DNA of 64,000 nucleotides from positions 5,766,001 through 5,830,000 of the forward strand of contig OX597842.1 in the NCBI GenBank assembly GCA_951406725.2, written 5' to 3'. Shown piece by piece: positions 14,055 through 26,717 of this stretch. Below the pieces are notes generated by a model that was given only the letters and a program-made list of their open reading frames with translations, searched no databases and was not told where the DNA came from. This DNA is from Octopus vulgaris. Its lineage: Eukaryota. A program made the position numbers and the translations under genes. Positions within the stretch are counted from its first letter, which is position 1; each line of letters starts with the position of its first letter.

Positions 14055-14095
<41 letters not shown>

Positions 14096-14098
14096 TTA

Positions 14099-14660
14099 TT
14101 GGGTTGTCCGGAAAGTTTGTGCCGATTTGTAATAGCTTACCTTTCAATTTATTTTAGAACATGGTTGAGTCCATAAAATAGGATTTGACTACACCTCCAT
14201 TTAGAGCACAGTTTAAGCTATCTTTTCTTGGAAGAAGGTTTATGTTCCTATAACTTGTGTTAATTCTGTAACCCTTTAAGATGGAAGATAAGAAAGTTCA
14301 TTTTCGGCACTTGATGCTTTGGGAACCAGACAAAAATTGCTGCAGCTCGGCTGGGATGTGTTACCCCACCCTCCATATTCACCAGATATTGCTCCTTTGG
14401 ATTTCCACTTGTTCAGGTCTCTGCAGAATAGTCTTAATGGTAAAAATTTCAATTCCTTGGATGACATAAAAAGATACCTTGATGAATTCTTTGCCATGAA
14501 ACCACCTCAATTCTGGGAAGAGGGTATTTTCAAGTTAAAGGAAAGATGGAGATGCATTGTGCAACAAAATGGTTCATATTTGGTTGATTAAAAATGTAAT
14601 GGCAAGTATTTATTGAACTTTTTCTTTCCTTTAAAAATTGGCAAGAACTTTCTGGACAAC

Positions 14661-14664
<4 letters not shown>
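14099..14664 (+). mobile_element. Internally deleted mariner element
   Basis: TA TSD and TIR ttgggttgtccggaaagt. N-terminus MEDKKVHFRHLMLWE is joined out of frame to C-terminus LGWDVLPHPPYSPDIAPLDFHLFRSLQN (mariner YSPDLAP motif). Confidence 0.93.
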
Positions 14665-14703
<39 letters not shown>

Positions 14704-14886
14704 GAAAGGCTTCTATCAGTTTCTTTCTACTAAATTTATTTAGAAGGCTTTGGTCAGCTCAAGGCTGTAGTAGAAGACACTTGCTAAAGGTATCACACTC
14801 ACACACACTTACACACATATGTACATGCACAAACCCATATACACATTTATATACATACATTTAAATATCTTTGTTTATTTATTCAG

Positions 14887-14954
14887 CATTCTGGCGCCTT
14901 GTACTGTGCATGAGTATAGTTTATGAACTGAGTCTTGTCTTCCTGCTTTTCCAG
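14887..14954 (+). CDS. PTDSS2: Phosphatidylserine synthase 2, first exon visible in window (68 nt)
   Basis: ttcag acceptor and gtaagt donor; encodes (A)FWRLVLCMSIVYELSLVFLLFQ, matching recalled PSS2 [23 protein letters not shown]. Confidence 0.92.
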
Positions 14955-15329
14955 GTAAGTCACATCTCAAGCCTACCACTCCGCCATGGGGTAGAGTCTC
15001 ATTGAAAAGAATGGGTGGGAAGTGGTTGCAAGAGTGTGTAGAGTGAATGAAGTAGGGGTTCGAATATATTGTTGTGCTGGGTGGCAAGGGGTCAGGGATT
15101 AATACAAGTTGAATACAAGGTTGTGGAGAGTAGGTGATGACTGGCAGTACAAAAGGAAGAAGAAGAACAGAATATAATAATACAGTAGATAGGAAAAGGA
15201 TGTGAGAAAGGGAGATGACTTGTGTGGACAAGTTGCGAGAGTGTGAGTGGAGAGACATGTAATGTGAGAAAAGTGAGAGATGTGTTTTGATTGGGGCAAG
15301 TCAAGAGGAAGTAGTTCAGTGGAGAGAGA

Positions 15330-15738
15330 GAAGGATAGATAATTTGGCAGCATAGAAGGGTAAGGTAATCAATGTAAAATATGGGTGGAGAGGGAGGATA
15401 GATAATTTAGCAGCATAGAAGGGTAAGGTAATCAATGTAAAATATGGGTGGAGAGGGAGGATAGATAATTTGGCAGCATAGAAGGGTAAGGTAATCAATG
15501 TAAAATATGGGTGGAGACGGAGGATAGATAATTTAGCAGCATAGAAGGGTAAGGTAATCAATGTAAAATATGGGTGGAGAGGGAGGATAGATAATTTGGC
15601 AGCATAGAAGGGTAAGGTAATCAATGTAAAATATGGGTGGAGACGGAGGATAGATAATTTGGCAGCATAGAAGGGTAAGGTAATCAATGTAAAATATGGG
15701 TGGAGACGGAGGATAGATAATTTGGCAGCATAGAAGGG
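15330..15738. repeat. 60-bp minisatellite, ~7 near-identical units
   Basis: Unit ggatagataatttggcagcatagaagggtaaggtaatcaatgtaaaatatgggtggagagggag. Confidence 0.97.
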
Positions 15739-16595
15739 TGGTTTTGGTTAGTGAGAAAGATAACTGATGCTGTAGAAAAGATGATAGAATGTGTAATTCT
15801 CTCTTCATTTAACTACAGCAATAGAATACTGTCGTTGAGTAATAGAGAGTGAGAGATTGAAGGAGAAGGTGAGAAAATTAGGCAAAGGGGCCTAATTTTG
15901 TGTATAGACATTATGCTTCCAGAACCTCACTTTCTCTGAATGGGTCATCCCAGTCCTTTGTCATCTCCTCTGTGAGATTCAAAATCCTGAGGTCAGCTTT
16001 CATCACTTCATCTCATGCCTTCCTAGATCTTCTTTCACAAGCTTCCCACCTTAAGTGATTGGCTCTTTTTTTATACAACTGTCCACATCCGTATGCATAA
16101 TGTGTCCATTCCAGCACAGTTGTCTCTGTTGCAAACTACATCTAATGTCTCTTATGCCCAACTCTTCTCCACAGATGCTTATACTTTGTTGTTCACACAC
16201 ACTTACCCTGCACATCCAGCAGAGCATGCTAACTTTATTTCTCTGTAGTCTTTGCAGGTCCCTTGCATTCAGGGCCCATTACTCACTACCTTATAACCTT
16301 ACTATTTGTACACAAGCATCATACAATTTTCTGAGAGAGAAATATAATTATAAAAACTCTAGTTTTTTAAAGTTAACTGTAAGGTCCCTTGGTTCCAAAG
16401 TTTTGCTCCCACACTGAGGATTCCTTTCCTAATTCTACTACAGAATCAGCTCGCAACTATTTTATGCCCATGGACCCCCTTTGATTCCTATTATATTCTA
16501 CTGGACCCTAAAGCCATTTAGTGTGTATTAAACAAGAATTCTATTGCATTTTTATAATTAAATATTATTAGGAACTAGCATAAAATCCACCCAAT

Positions 16596-16891
16596 GGAGG
16601 CACATGGCCAAGTGGTTAGAGCAGCGGACTCGTGGTCGAGGGATCGCGGGTTCGAATCTCAGACCAAGTGATGTGTGTGTTTATGAGTGAAACACCTAAG
16701 CTCCATGCAGCTCCGGCAGAAGGTAATGGTGAACTTCTGCTGACTCTTTCGACAAACTTTCTCTCCCTCTTTCCTCCTGCATCTTGCAGCTCCCCTGTGA
16801 CGGACCGGCGTCCCATCCAGGTGGGGAACCTATACACCAAGGAAACTGGGAAATCGGCCCTTATGAACCAGGCATGGCTTGAGAAGGAACA
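16596..16891 (+). mobile_element. Second tRNA-derived SINE family (also 11530-11830 +; related minus-strand pieces at 50045-50775)
   Basis: tRNA-like head GGAGGCACATGGCCAAGTGGTTAGAGC...GGGTTCGAATCTC; conserved body between copies. Confidence 0.85.
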
Positions 16892-17189
16892 ATGTGAATA
16901 AATAAGCATTACATTTGACAAAGTAACATGAATGCTGAAGAGTTAATCTACTCTATTATGGGTTAGAGGACAATGATATATTGGAGATAAGTGAGAACAG
17001 GGCCCTGGTGAACTCCTACCTCTATATTGATTTCATTGCTGTGCTTGTTGTTAAGTGTTACCTTATTGACACACTTCTGTACCTGTCTTCTATGTCCCTC
17101 ACAAGCCTTTTGTCCATTCCCAAGCTTCCTCAACAACCACCAGATCACAAAGTGAGGGACTCTGTTAAAAGGCTTTCTGCGGGTTGATG

Positions 17190-18200
17190 CAGGGCTGGGT
17201 TAAGACCCATAAAGGTCTTGAGCACTTTAAAAGATTTTGGTGCCCCCATATATACATATAAACAATAATAAACCATAAAAGAAATTTTTATTTTTCAAAA
17301 TGAATCAAAAGTAATTGTAAGATGGAAAAAAAGTTTTATTTTTGCATATTTCCCCTTCATTTATATTTGAAAAGTTTTCTCCAAATTTTTATTTAATTGC
17401 AAAGTCTTTGATCAGATCCTCACCATGACACCATGGACACTCCATAATTATATTTCTGATCATATAAACCACTTTGAATATTATCTTGTCAAGTTTAAAG
17501 TGATTTTTTTTGTGCCATAAACCATTTACCATTTCTGTACCGCAACATTTCTGTTGATGCCCTAAGCCCGTGCTTCTTTTGCTTAAAAGTCAAACCAGTA
17601 CTGGATGCAGATCTGGATTAAGATTCAAGGAGGCCCTGAGCACTTTAAAAGGTTTTGGTGCCCCCATATATATGTATTTCAAAATATAAACAATAATAAA
17701 CCATATTAGGAATTTTCAAAATGAAACAAATCTAACAGTAAGATGGAAAATATTTCTGTATAATTCCCCTTCATTTATATTTGAAAAATTTTCTACTTTT
17801 TTTTAATTGTCTTTGATCAAAACCGCATTATGATGCCATGAATATTACAAAATTATATTTTTGAGCATATAAACTGCTCTGAATATTATTTTTAGCAAGT
17901 GCAAAGAGATTTCTTCTGTGCTGTAAGCCATTTAGGCATGGTGTATCTAGGAGTACATTATGTAAGGTCAGGGCCAGTTTAAGACCCATAGAGACCCTAA
18001 ACACTTATAAGACTTTGGTGCCCTCATATATTTGTAATTCAAAATCTAAACAATAATAAAGCATAAAATATAGTTTTATTTTCCACTATGAATCAAAAAC
18101 TAACAGTAAAATGGAAAATAATGTTTATTTTTGTAAAATTCCACTTTTGGAAAGTTTCAACTTTATATTTAATTGCAAAATCTTTAATCAGATCCTCAAA
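17190..18200 (+). repeat. Three diverged ~400-bp tandem units; a fourth head at ~18778
   Basis: Recurring cagggctgg.ttaagacccata...ttttggtgcccccatat at ~17190, 17608 and 17969. Confidence 0.75.
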
Positions 18201-19589
18201 ATTAATCTTTCATAACGCATCTGCATCTATACTTAGTAAAGATAAGACATCCAGCCTACCTTGTTGCATAGTTGTTCTGATGAGAGTGGCTGTGTGGTAA
18301 GTAGCTTGCTTAACAAACCCCATGTTTCTGGGTTCAGTCCCACTGCGTGGCACCTTGGGCAAGTGTCTTCTACTATAGCCTCGGGCTGACTAAAGCCTTG
18401 TGAGTGGATCTGGTAGTCAGAAACTGAAAGAAGCCCATCGTATATATGTATATATATATGCATGTGTCTGTGTTTGTCCCCCTAGCATTGCTTGACAACC
18501 GATGCTGGGTGTGTTTACGTCCCCATAACTTACCGGTTCAGCAAAAGGGACTGATAGAATAACTACTAGGCTTACAAAGAATAAGTCCTGGGGTCGATTT
18601 GCTCGACTAAAGGTGGTGCTCCAGCATGGCCACAGTCAAATAACTGAAACAAGTAAAAGAATAAAGAATAAAAGAATACTTCAACTGAGAAAATGAATCC
18701 ACGGCTGAGCAATTTGTGACCATTAATGCTAAAAATATTCAAAAGCCAGTGTCTACATTGCTTTCTACAGGTTGAATCAGGGCTGGATTAGGACCCACAG
18801 GGGTCCTAAGCAGTTGAAAAGATTTTGGTGTTCCTATATATATAGCAATCCAAAACATAAGCAACTAGCAGCATAGCCCGGCATTGCCCGGGTATGTAAG
18901 AGCCCCTGGAGCAGACATGATGCTCGCTGTGAATTTTAAAAAAATTCCTGCCAATTTGTTAAAGATATTGTCGAAAATATGTCATCTTGAATTTGAACGC
19001 GATTTCCCAAAATGGCATGATTTTATCGATTTTTTTGGAAAACTAACGTCAGAATTATACATTAAGCTTCACCATGATTTTGGTGAAAATCGATTGCAAG
19101 TTGCGAAAACTACAACAGAAAATGTGTTGCAAATAAAAAGCTTAGATTCTCGACCCCATGTCGAATTTATCGATTTTTTTCAGAACTGGGGGAACTTTTC
19201 AAAATTTTCGCTGTGTTAGTTTTGAATTATGACATTGGGCTATGTGTGTGTCAAGTTTCATCAGAATCGGTTGAAAGCCGTGGTCAGAGTGAAGGTACAA
19301 CCTGACAGACACACAGACAGACAAACTGCCGTTTATATAGAGAGAGATAATAAATCATAAAATAAATGTGAGGGTTGGTGACAGGAAAGGCATCCGACAA
19401 TAAAGAACCCAGTTCAGCAAATTCTGACCAAATTCTTCCAAGCATGGACAAGTAGATGTTAAATCAATGATGATTATGTCATTGTCTGTCTGTTAGTCAC
19501 CTTCTTTGCCCTTCTAACTGTTGACTGTGATGATGCTATGTTAGTCCTTGTACGAGGAGAAGTCAAAAATTATCTGCACTTTTGCCATA

Positions 19590-20075
19590 ACTGAACACCT
19601 TTTTGATCTCCATGTGTCCAACACATGTGGATATGCCTACAAAGTCAGAAAACAACACAGCTCCCATGACTTTCGGAAGCATTTTTTCACGCTCAGAGTT
19701 GCTGAAGCATGGAATAAACTGCCTGCGTCAGTTGTTGACTGCCATGACATGACACTGCATCCTTTAACCCTTTAGCATTTAAACCGGCCATATCCGGCCA
19801 AAAGTATTCTGCTTGTTTTATGTTCAAACTGGCCAGATCTGGTCTCTCACACCAACCCTACAATATTATTTTTAAAATTAACAGCTACCTCCATCATAAT
19901 CTCATAGCTACAAGATAATGCATGATTAGTTCAAAGCAATATGGATAAAAAAGGATTAATTTTGGCAGAATAATGTGAACACTAAAGGGTTAAGGCCCTC
20001 ATGCTTTCCGAAATCCGCCGAAACTACACCTGATTATATATACACTTTAGACGAGTTGTAGTGCACCTGAGCACT
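19590..20075 (+). mobile_element. CR1/L2-like LINE 3' end interrupted by a TTAA MITE (19764-19993)
   Basis: RKHFFTLRVAEAWNKLPASVV motif and (TTA)n tail; MITE ends are ttaaccctttag and ctaaagggttaa. Confidence 0.72.
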
Positions 20076-20082
20076 GTACACA

Positions 20083-20127
<45 letters not shown>

Positions 20128-20834
20128 ACATATTTTTATTATTGTCACACTGCCTCCCGTGCATGCATGCTTATAGTTAGTACTATTGTGGTCGTATGAT
20201 CAAAGTTTGAGCCTCATCGCACCATTGCTTATCCGGCTTTACAGTGTAAACACGGTTGCTCCACTATCAATGTGCACCAAAGAAGAACAAAGAGCAGTGA
20301 TCCGAGAGATGGTAATGGTGAACCGGTTCACCATTATCATCTTTCAAGCTTGCTGAATCTTCTCTTCAGTGGTGGAGGTTGACTGGGTGACCTGCTCCCT
20401 CTTCATGCATCATGTTAGTGGATTTGGTAGACGGAAACTGAAAGAAGCCTGTCATATATCATCATCATCATCATCATCGTTTAACGTCCGTTTTCCATGC
20501 TAGCACGGGTTGGACGGTTCGACCGGGGTCTGGGGAGCCAGGGGCTGCCCCAGGCTCCAGTCTAATCTGGCAGTGTTTCTACAGCTGGATGCCCTTCCTA
20601 ACGCCAACCACTCCGCGAGTGTAGTGGGTGCTTTTTACGTGCCACCTGCACAGGTGCCAGAGGGGTCTGGCATCGGCCACCATGATCGGTTGGTGCTTTT
20701 TTATGTGCCACTGGCACAGAAGCCACAGCCACGTTCGGATGGTGCTTTTTATGTGCCACCGGCACAGAAGCCATTCGAGGCAGGGTTGGCATCGGTCTTG
20801 TTCGGATGGTGTTTTTTATGTGCCACCGGCTCAG

Positions 20835-20878
<44 letters not shown>

Positions 20879-21121
20879 TTGTTCCCTCTACCATCACTTG
20901 ACAACTGATATTGGTGTGTTTACATCTCCATAACTTAGCGGTTCAGTAAAAGAGACCAATAAAATAAGTACCAGGCTTACAAAGTCCTGGGGTTGATTTG
21001 GTTGACTAAAACCCTTTAAGGCGGTGCTCCAGCATGGCCACAGTCAAATGACTGAAACAAGTAAAAGAATAAAAAATGAAATGAATAAAACCTTTTCTTT
21101 CTTTTTCTCTTCTGTTTGCAG

Positions 21122-21253
21122 ACTGTCCATGATGCCAGGCAGTTGATGACACACCTGGATCCGAACCTAGGATCTCCACTTCCAGAGAAGGATTATGGCG
21201 GCAACTGTTATATCTTTGATTCCAACCATTCAGACCCATTCCATAACTTGAAG
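21122..21253 (+). CDS. PTDSS2: PTDSS2 exon (132 nt)
   Basis: Pyrimidine tract + ttgcag acceptor, gtaaag donor; TVHDARQLMTHLDPNLGSPLPEKDYGGNCYIFDSNHSDPFHNLK. Confidence 0.95.
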
Positions 21254-21639
21254 GTAAAGATCAGAGACGTACAGACGAGGAGATATCACACATACACACA
21301 CACACACACCAGATATGTATACACATATACAACATACGTCACACGAAACCCCACGGACTTCATACACATACATGCACCACATCAACACATGCACACACCA
21401 CACATTTGCGCACCACACATACACACAAGCCCCGCCCCGCACATGCTACAGACACACCTATCTTTGTTCACTCCACCCTTTTTACATTCTCTGTCACTGT
21501 TGACTCCACCCGCTTCCCATATCTATTCTATCATCTCCTGACTTGTGTACATAATTCTATGTACTGTACATGCACTTTTGATGAGTTGTAGCACACCTGA
21601 GCACCATACACAATAATATCTTTATTATTATTATTATTG

Positions 21640-22196
21640 AGTGAGAGAGCAGTGCATGCCATCAAAGTGACACTGGGGTACAAATATACAAAGCTCAATA
21701 TACCCATTATGACTACCCAATCTGATATGGGTACATCAGGCACATGCACCCACAACCATATGTGCGCGACATGGTGATCTCATAACAAGATAAACAGCGC
21801 ATGACCTTGCTGGTGGGGCCCAGTTAGAATTTTCTTCTGGTCGAGTAGCCCATCCCGCTCAAAAGGTCCCTGAATAAGGGTTGCTTTAGGATGTTGAACG
21901 AAACACCCTATGATTCCAGAGGTGAATTATTCAAACTCTAAAGAATTCCTCTCAACACATGGCTATGATGCTCCCCCACTACTACTGTTCATGATCAGTG
22001 ATGCACATGTCATCAGTCACCACTGGACATGCTCAACTGGTTTAGGTCAAGCAACGGACAAGCAAATCTGTGGTATTGAGCAGAATATTTGCTGTAGCCC
22101 ATCTTTTATACTAAGACAAAACAATGTACATGATAACACTTCCAATCAGTTAAGATCAGAAACCACAAGAGCCACTGCCTGGCACTGCATCAGGGC

Positions 22197-22200
<4 letters not shown>
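21640..22200. mobile_element. ~560-bp non-coding insertion between (TTA)n runs
   Basis: Sharp boundaries in TTA repeats on both sides; no ORF or TIR. Confidence 0.5.
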
Positions 22201-22233
<33 letters not shown>

Positions 22234-23235
22234 TACTCTGCCCATTTTCCATAACTAATACTCTGTTATTGTTAACTCCGGCCACTTCAGGCTTTGTTCA
22301 GATCATCATCATCATCGTTTAACATCCGCTTTCCATGCTAGCATGGGTTGGACGAATTGACTGAGGGCTGGCGAACCAGATGGCTGCACCAGACTCCAAT
22401 CTGATCTAGCAGAGTTTCTACAGCTGGATGCCCTTCATAACGCCAACCACTCTGAGAGTGTAGTGGGGGCTTTTACGTGCCACCGGCACGGGGGCCAGTC
22501 AGGCAGTACTGGCAATGGCCATGCTCAAATGGTGCTTTTTATGTGCCACCTGCACAGGAGCCAGTCCAGTGGCACTGGCAACGACCTCGCTCAAATTCTT
22601 TTTCACATACCACCAGCACAATTGCTAGTAAGGCGATGCTGGTAACGATCATGCTCAAATGGTGTTTTTAACATGTCATCGGCCACAATATCATTGGCTC
22701 CACCCATTTCATTACTATGACTGCTGTTATTGACATCATTCATTGTACACCTTTGATGCTCTATTAATGTTGATTCCATCCACTACACACCGGCTCTTCT
22801 TCTTCATTTTGTGCACCGTGAGACACTAAATCATTGTTGACTCCCCTCACTTTATACCTTAAGTACCCTAATTATTGACTCTTCAACATAATATCATTGC
22901 TGACTCCACCGACTTTAGGCATCATATTGTTGACGACACCCACTTTACACCTTCACCATATTGTTGACACCCACTTTACGCTTTAAATACTATATCAATG
23001 TTGACTCCACCCAGTTCAGAATTTGGCACCACCTGCATGTTGACTCCCCTCCTATCAGCATCCGGATATTTAGACATTTCACTTTGGGCTTTATTTTCCC
23101 TACTTCCATGTGTGTGTGAGAGGCAGTGGAGTGGATTTGATGTCATTTGAACCCAGATCTTCACACATTGTTTTTATTTTTATATGTAATGAAAATGAAC
23201 CGTTTTTTCCTCTCTTTCTCTCACCCAAACCTCAG

Positions 23236-23286
23236 GACAAGATGGATGGTTTCGTAGTAACACACTTCCTTGGATGGTGGCTTAAG
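23236..23286 (+). CDS. PTDSS2: PTDSS2 exon (51 nt)
   Basis: ctcag acceptor, gtaagt donor; DKMDGFVVTHFLGWWLK. Confidence 0.95.
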
Positions 23287-24080
23287 GTAAGTACTTTCTT
23301 ATCTTTCATGTGATTCAGCCATTGACTTGTGGCCATGCTGGGGCACCACCTCGAAGGCTTATCAGTGGACCATAGATGTCCTCTTTTTCATTTTCCTAAT
23401 CACATTGGTGTCCAATGTAATTTCCACTACAGAACATATTTTTTTGTCATGGTCCCACACAACAATATCTGGCAGATTGTGCTTTAATTTGATATCTGTT
23501 TTAATTCTTAAGTTCTATCAATATTTTTTTGACCCATTGGTCTCAATAAAATCAGCTTAACCCTTTCGTTACCAACCTGGCTGAAACCACCTCAGGCTCT
23601 GTAATACAAATGTCTTGTTTCCATAAGTTTTAAATTAAAATCTTCCACCAAGCCTTAACCCTTTCGTTACCAACCCGGCTGAAACCGGCTCTGAGTACAA
23701 ATGTCTTGTTTCCATACGTTCTGAATTAAAATCTTCTACCAAACCTTAGTCACAATTTATGTTTCAAACACTAAGCTGAATGATAACTAAGTTATTTTAT
23801 TAAATCCTTTATTATATTTAACCCTTTTGATACCAACCTGGCTGAAACCACCTCTGGCTCTGAGTACAAATGTCTTGTTTTCATAAGTTTTGAATTAAAA
23901 TCTTCCACCAAACCTTAGCCACAATTTATGTTCCTAACACTAGCTGAATGATAACTAAATTATTTAACTAAATCCTTTTTATATTTAGAATTAATTGAAA
24001 GAAACACAGAGCATCTCGACAGAAATATGGTAACAAAAGGGTTAATCTGCTAGTGTATTTTTTCTCCTATTCCAGCTTGT

Positions 24081-24153
24081 TCAGGCTACCACATCATATT
24101 TCATGGGAAAATAATATCTAGAGGACATTCTCTCGTAGTTGGCAGTAATATGG
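24081..24153 (-). mobile_element. Tiny R4/Dong-like fragment
   Basis: HITANYERMSSRYYFPMKYDVVA, matching the fragment at 59966. Confidence 0.6.
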
Positions 24154-24456
24154 TTCATGCCACGGAGGCAATGATGGGTGACTGAGGCCTTTGGTAATAC
24201 GCCGTGCTTGAGAAGACTCATCAAGCCAAGTGAAATCGTATTTGTGGCCAATGCTGGTGTCATGTTACTGGCACATATCCAGTGGCACATAAAAAGCACC
24301 CATTACACTTTTGGAGTGGTTGGCATCAGGAGGGAGGACATCCAGCTGTAGAAACCATGGCAAATCAGATTGGAACCTTGTGCAGCTCTCCAGCTTACCT
24401 GCTCTGGTCAAACTGTCCAACCCATGCCGGCATGGAAAGCGGACGTTAAATGATGA

Positions 24457-24497
<41 letters not shown>

Positions 24498-24964
24498 GGT
24501 ATGTAGAAAATTACAACATGGACAAGAACGTATAACTCAAGAAAACGATACAATAAACACGGACAGGACATTCGAAACCCTCAGTCTTCAGTCAAGAACC
24601 GGATCATCGTAGTAATTTCGGCTGATTAATTTTGAGATTACTAGATCACGGCCAGCCCTCCAAGAAAAACTAAGCAACGAGCATTAGAAAAACTAAGCTG
24701 GGAGCGTAGATTTCCTGGAAGAAGGATCGAATGCATACGGACACCAGGACAGCAAAAGGGACGAATATAAAAAACAAAAAAATAATGGAATACAGAAACA
24801 TGAAATACAGAAGCATTAACGGTGAAAACAACAACAAGTGTCTTACGACTGATAACAAGCAAACAAATTTTTTCTCTGGCGCAAGGAAAGGAGCCTTATC
24901 GGCGATGCCTATAGCGGCGGACGAAAAACAACGATGTTAACACGACGCTGATATATATATATCA

Positions 24965-25253
24965 AACCGTGGAGATTAGCGACGTACCGTAAAAAAGGGA
25001 ATACAAAGGAGTGACAGAGAGAGAGGAGAAATGGAAAGACAAGAAAAGATGTCAACAAGAAACTATGGCATTACAACCAGCCAGGAACAGTCTTCGCTAC
25101 ATTTGTGGTACCTGCCAGAGGGAGTGTTTGTCCAGGATAGGACTACACAGCCACAGCGGGAGATGTATTAGGACATGAAATGTAAAAGCCGGACTGGACT
25201 ATTTTATGCGCAACTCCATTGTCTCCCGAGACAAAAACGATGCCAACAACAAC
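24965..25253 (+). mobile_element. 3' end of a second RTE family
   Basis: YICGTCQRECLSRIGLHSHSGRC C-terminal motif, short 3' UTR and (CAA)n tail. Confidence 0.75.
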
Positions 25254-25530
25254 TATTAATATTTATAAAGCTGAAATGCGAAAAAGTTGTTAGATTTCTT
25301 GGTTATTTGTCTCATTTTGGGATGGGAACGGTTTAAGGGTTTGAAAACCTGCCCTTCATTTGGTTCTTGAACATCCAGCATTGGGATCTGATTTAAAAGC
25401 ATTTGGGTTGCTATTTCTAGCAGGTAAAGCTTGGATGATTCTCACTCTCTGAGCCTACCTATGTAATGTGTGTGTGTGTGTATGTGTGTATGTCTACTTT
25501 CTTCATTGTTCTTTTGTCTCTGTTTTCTAG

Positions 25531-25644
25531 ACACTGATATTAAGAGACTGGTGGCTGTGCACAGTGTTGAGTATCATGTTTGAGGTTTTGGAATACACCC
25601 TGGAACATCAGCTACCCAACTTCAGTGAGTGCTGGTGGGACCAT
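25531..25644 (+). CDS. PTDSS2: PTDSS2 exon (114 nt), conserved PSS core motif
   Basis: ttctag acceptor, gtaagt donor; [38 protein letters not shown] (PSS-family LPNF.ECWWD signature). Confidence 0.97.
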
Positions 25645-25871
25645 GTAAGTACATATATACTCTTTTACTCTTTTACTTGTTTCAGTCATTTGACTGTGGC
25701 CATGCTGGAGCACCGCCTTTAGTCGAGCAACTCGACCCCAGGACTTATTCTTTGTAAGCCTAGTACTTATTCTATCGGTCACTTTTGCCGAACCGCTAAG
25801 TTACGGGGACGTAAACATACCAGCATCGGTTGTCAAGCGATGTTGGTGGGGGGACAAACACAGACACACAA

Positions 25872-25918
<47 letters not shown>

Positions 25919-26598
25919 TACGACGGGCTTCTTTCAGTTTCCGTCTACCAAATCCACTCACAAGGCTTTGGTCGGCCCGGGGCTATAGCAGAAGACACTT
26001 GCCCAAGGTGCCACGCAGTGGGACTGAACCTGGAACCATGTGGTTCGTAAGCAAGCTACTTACCACACAGCCACTCCTATGCCTATCATGTATCATTTAT
26101 CTGTTACTTGTTTCAGTCAGTAGACTGTGGCCATGCTGGGGCACCACCTTGAAAAACTTTTAGTTGCCTGAATCAATCCTGCTACTTTTTATTTTCTTTT
26201 TGTAAGCCCAGTACTTATTCTATCGGTCTCTTTTGCCGAACCGCTAAGTGACGGGGACGTAAACACACCAGCATCGGTTGTCAAGCAATGCTAAGGGGAC
26301 AAACACAGACACACAAACATACAGACACACACATATACATACACATACATACATATATATACATATATACGACAGGCTTCATTCAGTTTCTGTCTACCAA
26401 ATCCACTCACAAGGCATTGGTCGGCCCGGGACTATAGCAGAAGACACTGGCCCAAGATGCCATGCAGTGGGACTGAACCCGGAACCATGTGGCTGGTTAG
26501 CAAGCTACTTACCACTTTCATCCTTTTCCTCATTAATCCCCTTAATCCACACAAATCCTTTATATATGTTTCTCTCTCTCTCTCATGTGTATTTTCAG

Positions 26599-26717
26599 TG
26601 GATTATGGATGTCCTGGTGTGTAATGGTTTAGGGATCTACCTTGGCCTGCAGACCCTCCGTTATTTGTCCCTCAAGCAGTATCATTGGCGAGGCATGTGG
26701 AACATACCCACCTACAG
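26599..26717 (+). CDS. PTDSS2: PTDSS2 exon (119 nt)
   Basis: tttcag acceptor, gtaggt donor; [39 protein letters not shown], ends in phase 2. Confidence 0.96.

Noticed and set aside
15330-15738. CRISPR-like periodicity
   Set aside because: Units are identical throughout with no unique spacers, in eukaryotic context.
16596-16670. tRNA gene-like sequence
   Set aside because: It continues into a conserved SINE body seen in other copies and has no complete acceptor stem.
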